DNA of 64,000 bases, from contig CP068257.2 of assembly GCA_009914755.4 (NCBI GenBank), positions 42,720,001 through 42,784,000 on the forward strand, written 5' to 3'. Within the stretch, counting starts at the first letter, position 1, and the number at the start of each line of letters is the position of its first letter. Below are positions 55,160 to 64,000 of the stretch, piece by piece. The DNA comes from the human T2T-CHM13v2.0 reference genome, Homo sapiens. The position numbers were made by a program, and so were the translations under genes. The notes beneath the pieces are model-generated. The model made no database searches and was not told where the DNA came from. It saw only the letters and a list, made by a program, of their open reading frames with translations.

Positions 55160-55473
55160 GTATGCCAGCCCCAGTGCCTCTCCTGAATGTCCTGGCCACC
55201 CGGGTGCAGAGGGGGTGGAGATGGCATGGCAGCTCTGCCCAGAACCCTGGACGCTCAGCAGGCGTGCAGGTCACTCAGGCTGCTGGCCTTCTGCTGGCCT
55301 TGAGCAAGTGGTGGGGGCTGAGCCCAGAGGCCCCCTTGGGGGCAGGTGTGCGATGGGCTCTTCCTGCCACTCAGGACTGGCCCCCTCCCACGGGGCCCCC
55401 CCGGTGGGTCAGGGCTTCAGGGCCCACCTCCTGAGGATTCCAGGTCCCCTGGTCTGTCCGCCCACCCTGACAG

Positions 55474-55606
55474 AGAACAAGCTGGAGAAGAACGAGGAGG
55501 CGGCCCTGCTATCCTGGGAGATCTACCTGAAGGAGAACTACCTCCAGAACCGACAGTTCCAGCAAAAGCAGCGGCCCGAGCAGAAGATCGAGGACATCAG
55601 CAATAA
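55474..55606 (+). CDS. TRPM2: TRPM2 coding exon (approx. exon 22; aa ~1110-1154)
   Basis: ORF-track frame 55215..56165 gives (K)NKLEKNEEAALLSWEIYLKENYLQNRQFQQKQRPEQKIEDISN(K). Acceptor ccctgacag|AG, donor AATAA|gtatgg. The next TRPM2 exon (VDAMVDLL...) was not found in the window. Confidence 0.88.
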
Positions 55607-56570
55607 GTATGGGGGCTCCGGTGGGCCTGGGGGCGGGAAGCCTCTGGGGGACCTCCTGCAGGTCCACAGGCACCATGAGTACATGTCCCACCTGGGGAGG
55701 CCCAGCAATGCCTCACCGGTGAGGGAGCGCTGTATCCCGTGGCCCCTGCAATGCTGCAGGCATCCGGGCCTGTGCCCACAGCTGACCCAGGACCCTCTGC
55801 GGTCCTTAGGAAGGCTGGGCCCCACAGGGCGCAGGGTCAGAGGCTGGGAGGGAAGCCTTGGCGGCTGGGGGAGGGGCAGGTTGGCCCGCAGGATCCGGCT
55901 TGGAGGCCTGGGGGCATGTGCACACGGGGTCCAGGCTGGTTTGGGGGTGGTTTGCTCTGTGAGCTTGTTGGTGCACAGCCTTATTATAGCTTCTGCAGGA
56001 CCTCGGCAGCCCAGCCCTCGGGGTCAGCCATGCTCAGCACCGTCCTCCCTCTCAGCTCCTCCCATCTTGCTTCTTTCCAAGGTGCGAGGTCAGTGTTGGG
56101 GGAACATCTGCTCCCTTCTCTCCACTGCCAGGCCTTCCGCCCTGCTAGGTGTCAGCAGGGCCTAATGGCCCAGCAGCGGGCAGCAGGAAGGGCTGCCCCC
56201 AGTGTCCTGCTCTCAGTGTGCGTCTCACCATGGCATGAGAGGAGGAGGGGGAAATGGACACGGTGCCACCTAGTTATGGCCGTGTGGAGGCTCCTGCAGC
56301 CACAAACAGGAGCATCCTGGAGCTGGCAAGGGATGGCCAAGACCAGGCCAAGTGCCCTCCCCCTTAGAGACATGTATGTACTCCTGCCTTTCCATACCTC
56401 CCTCACCTTGTCTGTAAGATGGAGACACGATAGTCCCTGTCTCTTGGAGTTGTTTCCAGAATACAGTGGGGTCCTGACTGTAAAGAATTGAGCACATATG
56501 CTGGAACTATAACCAGGGATCTGCTAACGTGGCTGGTGCTTTTATCATCACCCTTACTTATGAGTAGTGG

Positions 56571-57172
56571 GGGCGGTGGTGGTGATGGTGATGATGGTGG
56601 CTGCGATGGTGATGGTGGTGGTGGTGGGGTGCTGGTGATGGTGGTGGATAGTGGTGATGGTGGTAGTGGTGATGGTGATGATGGTGATGGTAGTGGTTGT
56701 GCTGATGATGGTGGTGATGGTGGTGGTGAGGGTGATGATGGTTACGGTGGTGGTAGTGGTGGTGATGGTGGTAGTGGTGATGGTGATGATGGTGATGGTA
56801 GTGGTTGTGCTGGTTATGGTGATGGTAGTGGTGAGGATGATGGTGGTGATGGTAGTGGTAGTGATGGTGATGGTGATGGTAGTGGTGAGGGTGATGATGG
56901 TGATGGTGGTGGTAGTGATGGTGATGGTGGTAGTGGTGATGATGGTGATGGTAGTGGTTGTGCTGGTGATGGTGGTGATGGTAGTGGTGAGGATGATGGT
57001 GGTGATGGTGGTGGTTGTGCTGGTGATGGTGGTGATGGTAGTGGTGAGGGTGATGATGGTGATGGTGGTGGTAGTGATGGTGATGGTGGTGATGGTAGTG
57101 GTGAGGGTGATGATGGTGATGGTGGTGGTAGTGATGGTGATGGTGGTAGGGATGATGCTGGTGATAGTGGTT
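56571..57172. repeat. (GGTGAT/GGTGGT/GGTAGT)n satellite-like array
   Basis: ggtggtgatggtgatgatggtggctgcgatggtgatggtggtggtgg... Confidence 0.9.
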
Positions 57173-59452
57173 GTATTAGTCTGTTTTCATGCTGCTGATA
57201 AAGACATACCTGAGACTGGGAAGAAAAAGAGGTTTAGTGGATTCAGTGCCACATGGCTGGGGAGGCCTCACAATCATGGAAGGCAAGGAGGAACAAGTCA
57301 TGTCTTACATGGATAGTGGCAGGCAAAGAGAGAGAACTTGTGCAGGGGACCTCCTCTTTATAAAACCACTAGATCTCATGAGACTTATTCACTATATGAG
57401 AACAGCATGAGAAAGACCTGCCCCCATGATTCAATTACCTCCTAATGGGTCCTTGCCACAACATGTGGGAATTGTGGGAGATACAAGTCAAGATGAGATT
57501 TGGGTGGGGACACAGCCAAACCATATCATTCTGCTCCTGCCCCCTCCCAAATCTCATGTCCTCACATTTCAAAACTAATCATACCTTCCCAACAGTCCCC
57601 CAAAGCCTTAACTCATTTCAACATTAACCTAAAAGTCCACAGTCCAAAGTCTCATCTGAGACAAGGCAAGTCCCTTCCACCCATGAGCTGTAAAATCAAA
57701 AGCAAGCTAGTTACTTCCTAGATGCAATGGCAGTACAGGTATTGAGTAAATACATCCATTCCAAGTGGGAGAAATTAGTCAAAACAAAGGGGCTACATGG
57801 CCCATGCGAGTCCAAAATCTAGTAGGGCAGTCAGATCTTACAGCTCTACAATGATCTCTTTTGACTCTATGTCTCACATTGAAGTCACACTGATATAAGA
57901 GGTAGGCTCCCATCTTGAGCAGTTCCGCCTTTGTGGCTTTGCAGGGTACAGTCTCCCTCCAAGCTGCTTTCATGGGCTGGCATTGAGTGCCTGCAGCTTT
58001 TCCAGGTGCACAGTGCGAGCTGTCGATGGAGCTACCATTCTGGGGTCTGAAGAACAGTGGCCCTCTTCTCACAGCTCCACTAGGCAGTGCCCCAGTAGGG
58101 ACTCTGTGTGGGGACTCTGACCCCTCGTTTGCCTTCTGCACTGCCTTAGCAGAGGTTCTCCATGAGGGCCCCATCCCTGCAGTAAACTTCTGTGTGCACA
58201 CCCAGGCATTTCCATACATCCTCTGAAATCTAGGTGGAGGTTCCCAAACCTCGATTCTTGACTTCTGTGCACCTGCAGGCTCAATACCACATGGAAGTTG
58301 CCAACGCTTGGGGTTTGCACCCTCTGAAGCAACAGCCCAAGCTGCACCTTGGCCCCTTTTAGTCACAGCTGGAGTGGCTGGGATGCAGGGCACCAAGTCC
58401 CTAAACAGCATGGTGACCCTGGGGCCTGGCCCATGGGTCTTCTCTAGGCCTCTGGGCCTGTGATGGGAGGGGCTGCTGTGAAGACCTCTGACATGCCCTG
58501 GAGACATTTTCCCCATTGTCTTGGGGATTAACATTTGGCTTCTTATTATTTATGCAAATTTCTGCAGCTGGCTTGAATTTCTCCTCAGAAGATGGGATTT
58601 TCTTTTCTGTTCCATTGTCAGGCTGCAAATTTTACAAACTTTTATGTTCTGCTTCCCTTATAAAACTGAATGCCTTTAACAGCACCTAAGTCACCTCTTG
58701 AATACTTTGCTGCTTAGAAATTTCTTCTGCCAGATCCCCTAAATCATCTCTCTCTTTCAAGTTCAAAGTTCCACAAATCTCTAAGGTGGAGGCAAAATGC
58801 CACCAGTCTCTTTGCTAAAACATAACAAGAGTCACCTTTAATCCAGTTCCCAACAAGTTCCTCATCTCCTTCTGAGACCACCTCAGCCTGGACCTTATTG
58901 TTCATGTCACTATCAGCTTTTTTGTCAAAGCCATTCAACAAATCTCTAGGAAGTTCCAAACTTTCCCACATTTTCCTGTCTTCTTCTGAGCCCTCCAAAC
59001 TGTTCCAACTTCTGCCTATTACCTAGTTCCAAAGTTGCTTCCACATTTTCAGGTATCTTTTCAGTAACACCCCACTCTACTGGTACCAATTTACTGTATT
59101 AGTCCATTTTCACACTGCTGATAAAAACATACCTGAGACTGGGAAGAAAAAGAGGTTTAACGGACTCACAGTTCCACATGACTGGGGAGGCCTCACAATC
59201 ATGGCAGAGGGCAAGGAGGAGCAAGTCACATCTTACATGGATGGCGGCAGGCAAAGAGGGAGAACTTGTGAAGGAGAACTCCTCTTTATAAAACCATCAG
59301 ATCTCATGAGACTTATTCCCTACCACGAAAACAGCACAAGAAAGACCTGCCCCCAAGATTCAATTACCTCCCACTGGGCCCCTCCTATGACACGTGGGAA
59401 TTGTGAGAGTTACAATTCAAGGTGAGATTTGGGTGGGGACACAGCCAAATTT
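57173..59452 (-). mobile_element. Full-length THE1/MST-type MaLR element (LTR-internal-LTR)
   Basis: Two ~360 bp LTRs at 57173-57528 and 59094-59452. Each reads tgtattagtc...gagatttgggtggggacacagccaaa..., the reverse complement of the THE1 LTR. They flank ~1.56 kb of internal sequence. The element sits inside a (GGTGAT)n satellite. Confidence 0.75.
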
Positions 59453-59464
59453 TGTGTCCCCACC

Positions 59465-60678
59465 CATGTGATGGTGAGGATGGTGATGGTGATGGTGATG
59501 GTGGTAATAGTAGTGGTGGTGATGGTGATGATGGTGGTGATGGTGATGATGGTGATGGTAGTGGTTGTGCTGGTAATTGTGGTGGTGGTGATGGTGGTGG
59601 TGATGGTGATGATGATGGTGATGGTAGTGGTAGTGGTGGTGATGGTGGTGACAATGGTGTTTGTGATGGTCGTGACGGTAATGGTGATGATGGTGATGAT
59701 GGTGGTGGTAGTGATAGTCATGGTGGTGGGTGATGGTGATGGTGGTAGTGGTGATGATGGTGATGGTAGTGGTCATGATGGTGGTGATGGTGGTGGTGAT
59801 GATGGTGATGATAGTGGTTGTGCTGGTAATGGTGGTGGTGATGGTAGTGGTGGTAGTGGTGATGTTGGTGATGATGGTGATGTGGTGATTGTGATGGTGG
59901 TGCTGGTGGTGATGGTAGTGATGGTGATGATGGTGATTCTGATGGCTGTAATGGAAGTGGTGGTGATGGTGGTGGTGATGGTAGTGGTGGTGATGTTGAT
60001 GGTGATGATGGCAGTGGTGGTGGTGGTGATGGTAGTGGTGATGATGTTGATGGTGATGATGGCAGTGGTGGTGGTGGTGATGGTGGTGGTGATGGTGGTA
60101 GCGGTGATGGTGGTGGTGGTGATGATGGTGATGGTAGTGGTCATGATGGTGGTGATGGTGGTGGTGATGATGATGGTGATGATAGTGGTTGTGCTGGTAA
60201 TGTTGGTGGTGGTGATGGTAGTGGTGGTAGTGGTGATGTTGGTGATGATGGTGATGTGGTGGTGGTGATTGTGATGGTGGTGGTGTTGGTGATGGTGGTA
60301 GTGATGGTGATGATGATGGTGATTCTGATGGCTGTAATGGAAGTGGTGGTGATGGTGGTGGTGATGGTAGTGGTGGTGATGTTGATGGTGATGATGGCAG
60401 TGGTGGTGGTGGTGGTGGTGATGGTAGTGGTGGTGATGTTGATGGTGATGTTGGCAGTGGTGGTGGTGGTGATGGTGGTGATGGTGCTTCTGATGGTGGT
60501 AATGGTGGTAGCGGTGATGGTGGTGGTGGTGGATGGTAATGGTGATGGTGACAGTGGTGGTAGTGATGGTAGTGGTGGTGCTGGTGCTGGTGGTGGTGAC
60601 GATGGTGGATGTGGTGGTGGTGATGATAGTGATGATGGTGATTATGATGGCAATAGTAATGACGATGGTGACAATGTG
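59465..60678. repeat. (GGTGAT/GGTGGT/GGTAGT)n satellite-like array (continuation beyond the MaLR element)
   Basis: Same motif family as 56571-57172. Confidence 0.9.
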
Positions 60679-61679
60679 AGGACCTTAATGAACTAGCTGA
60701 TGTCAAAGCCCCTTCTAGCTCCCATTCTGAGTGAACTAGATACACGTGTCCTGTTTGCTTGAGTCTGGGCATGATGACTTCCAGTTGAGCCCTTGGCATG
60801 CTCTTTGCCTAGAACAGTCTTCTCCCAGAGAGAGTCAGGACTTGCTGTCTCTCTCTATTCAAGCCTCACTTCATTGGAGGGCCTTTCCTGCCCTCCACCC
60901 ACCCTGTCCCCATCCCCTGTCGTTCTGGAATCTGGATGTTGGTTGGTTGGCTGGTGGGTTTGTGGGTTGTGTCATGTCTAACTGCCAGGCTCCATGTGAG
61001 AGTAGGGACAGAGTCCCACATGTTCCCCATAGTATCCTGGGATGTAGAGCAGGCCCAGTGCCTAGAAGGCACTGAGGAAATCCTATGCAATTCTGGAACT
61101 GCTGTTAGTTCCTGGCCTGGCAGGGTTGCAGGAGGCTGGGGTCGCTGGTCTCCAGGCCTGCTCAGCCCTGACGTTTGGCTCTGATGGTCCACTTACAGAG
61201 GAGGGGGGCCTGGGGCCATGCAGTGCCCTGACAACCTTCTCTTACTTGCTGTCGCCAAGTACAGCTTTGATGGATGGCCTCGTCTGGGACTTTGAGCAGT
61301 GGCCATGCCCAGGGCCCAGATGCTGGGGGAAGGTGCTTGGGAGAGTTTCTGAAAGGCGGCCTCTGCATGTCAGGATGAAGCTGGAAGGCCACAGCTCTGC
61401 TGATGACCAACATAGTCAGGGCTGGAATATGATGGCTGGCATGTGTTAAGGGCTCATTGAGGACCACACCCTTCACCTGCATCATCTCGCTCAACCCTTT
61501 TGCAGAGGGAGGTATTTTTCCTTCCACTTTTACCCATGAGGAAGTGGAGGCCCAGGAAAGTGAGAGAGGTGGCTCAGCTTCCACCACTGGCCAGCGGTGT
61601 GGCCTGGAATGCAGGCCCCAGCAACTTTGCAGCCTCCTGCCTTAAGGGAGTGGGCTGGACCCCAAATGAATCAGTCCCA

Positions 61680-61990
<311 letters not shown>

Positions 61991-62130
61991 TCAGCTCCTG
62001 CCCTATCCCAGACATCTTAAAGCTCAGAGCTGGTCTGCTGCCTATTTCCCAGCCTAGGTGCTCAGTGGAAGTTGGGCGCCTCCAGTTATTTTCTGAGGTT
62101 GAAAAAGCTTAACTAAAATATAAATTTGCA

Positions 62131-62560
62131 GGCCAGGCACAGTGGCTCATGCTTGTAATCCCAACATTTTGGGAGGCTGAGGTGGGAGGATTGCTCGAGC
62201 CCAGGAGTTCAAGACCAACCTAGGCAACATAGTGAGACCCCCATCTCTACAAAAAATAAAAATAACAATTAGCCAGGCACGGTGGCTCATGCCTGTGATC
62301 CCAGCTACTAAGGAGGCCACAGCAGGAGGATTTCTTGAGGCCAAAAGTTTGAGACCAGCCTGGGTAACATAGTGAGACCCCATCTCTACAAAAAATAAAA
62401 AAACAACAACAAAAAAGGAAAGAGTAGCCAGGTGTGGTGGTGCACATGGGGTCAGAGTCCCAGCTGCTCAGGAGGCTGAGGCCAGGGGTTCGAGGCTGCA
62501 GTGCGCCATGATGGTGCCACTGCACTGCAGCCTGGGTGACAGGGTGAGACCCTGACTCTA
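62131..62560 (+). mobile_element. Composite Alu-family element (extra monomer plus Alu)
   Basis: Three consecutive Alu-monomer-like units separated by A-rich linkers: ggccaggcacagtggctcatgcttgtaatccc..., then agccaggcacggtggctcatgcctgtgatccc..., then agccaggtgtggtggtgcacatg...gcagcctgggtgacagggtgagaccc. Confidence 0.7.
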
Positions 62561-63364
62561 ATGCATATTTGTATGTGAGTAGAAGTTTTCCCAAGATGAG
62601 CCTGCAGAACGTGTTTCCGCTGGGCCGCTGGCTGGTGTGCTGAGCTGTCACTCCCATTGGTCAGCAGCTCTTGCTCATCCGCAGAGGGGCCTGGGACAGA
62701 AGCTGATGTGCTTCAGTCGACCTGATCTTGCAGAACACGGGCTCCAGGGAAAGTGAGGAAAGAGCTCCTCAGCCCGTACCAAGGGCCCTAGCCTGGTCAC
62801 CGTCCCCTCCTCCAGTGAAGAAGCTGGGCACCTGGGAGGCGCATGAGTGTGGGGTGCCATAACCTTGCAGCACTGAGGTGAGCTGAGTTCACCAAAGCTC
62901 CTCGCCCACAGGGCAGGGCTGGAGCTTTGGGGGTCAAGGACAAGCTCTGTCTGCAAATCTAGACAGTTCCTGCATCTCACGGTGGTGGAATCACGCGGGT
63001 CCGAGAAGGCTCCAGTAACCACCCTCGCATGTTTGCAAGGCTGTCTGGGAAAACATGGCAGGTGCGGTTAAGCGGCTTTTGTGGGATTAAGCAAAATGAA
63101 ATGTGGGTGAAAGGAGATGCCCAGGCCTGGAGCGAAATCACTTTCTTCCCTCTCCCTAGATAACTGTTTAAAGTGGGTCATATCCCCAGAAAGTTTCTGT
63201 GTTACTAAAATAGTTGCTCAGTGTATTATAAGAATATCACTTGCAGTGGGCGCTGTGGATGAAAGGAAGTGAGGGAGCCCAGGGGACAGCGGATGAGAGC
63301 TGGAGACTCGGGTTTGCCCACAGAGTTATTTTAACCATAAACACAGCAGGCCGAGGCTGGGCGA

Positions 63365-63770
63365 AACAAAATAAGACAGAAACCAAACATTTCCAGAATA
63401 ATAGCGCCGCTCTACAACCCCACAAAATAAGACAGAAGCCAAATACTCCCAGAAAAACAGCGCTGCTCCACAACCCCCACAAAATACGACAGACACCAAA
63501 CATCCTTAGAACAGCAGCACTGCTCCACGACCCCCACAAAATAAGACAGAAACCAAACATTTCCAGAATAATAGCGCCGCTCTACAACCCCACAAAATAA
63601 GACAGAAGCCAAATACTCCCAGAAAAACAGCACTGCTCCACAACCCCCACAAAATACGACAGACACCAAACATCCTTAGAACAGCAGCACTGCTCCACGA
63701 CCCCCACAAAATAAGACAGAAACCAAATATTCCCCAAGCAACAGTGCCGCGCCACATCACCCCCAAAACA
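63365..63770. repeat. Higher-order tandem repeat (~56-bp subunits in ~168-bp units, x~2.4)
   Basis: ...ccacaaaataagacagaaaccaaacatttccagaataatagcgccgctctacaacc... repeated with subunit variants. Confidence 0.8.
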
Positions 63771-64000
63771 AAACCAACCTCTGCTGTGCCCAGAGGAAGT
63801 TTCATTGTTTGTGACCTGTCACCTGGCCCTCCCTCAGTTCACTCACCTCCCCCTCTCTCCTGGGACCGACAGGCTGCCAGAGCTTGCCATGTGAGCCTCG
63901 GCTGTCCGTCTGCTGAGACATCTTCCCCTCTGGGGCCCTGGGCAGTTTGGTTCTATGGGAGAAATGCATGTTAGAAATAGTTTCATATTAAGAGGAAGCA

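Noticed and set aside
56488-60799. Gly/Asp/Val/His-rich ORFs (up to 460 aa)
   Set aside because: They are translations of the GGTGAT-type satellite on either strand.

Overview
This window is human DNA. It is the sense strand of the TRPM2 cation-channel gene (chr21q22.3 subtelomeric region), not a prokaryotic or novel system. I can support 19 consecutive internal coding exons, approximately exons 4-22, residues ~142-1154. They run from the N-terminal MHR region through S1-S6, the pore and the TRP box, to the start of the coiled-coil. Translations match TRPM2 exactly from memory, all junctions are canonical AG/GT, and phases are consistent. Exon coordinates may be off by up to 2 bp where no ORF-track frame was available. 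No further TRPM2 exon (VDAMVDLL...) was found downstream of 55606 within the window. The introns are dominated by interspersed repeats: about 30 Alu, three L1 fragments with nested insertions, MaLR/THE1 LTR elements including one full-length element, and one hAT-like DNA transposon. They also hold an unusually high density of minisatellites/VNTRs. These include a ~3 kb pure polypyrimidine tract, a VNTR amplified from L1 sequence, G-rich arrays abutting splice sites, and a triplicated 3' splice site. No CRISPR, rRNA or tRNA is supported. The long ORFs in the track over repeat arrays are low-complexity artefacts.
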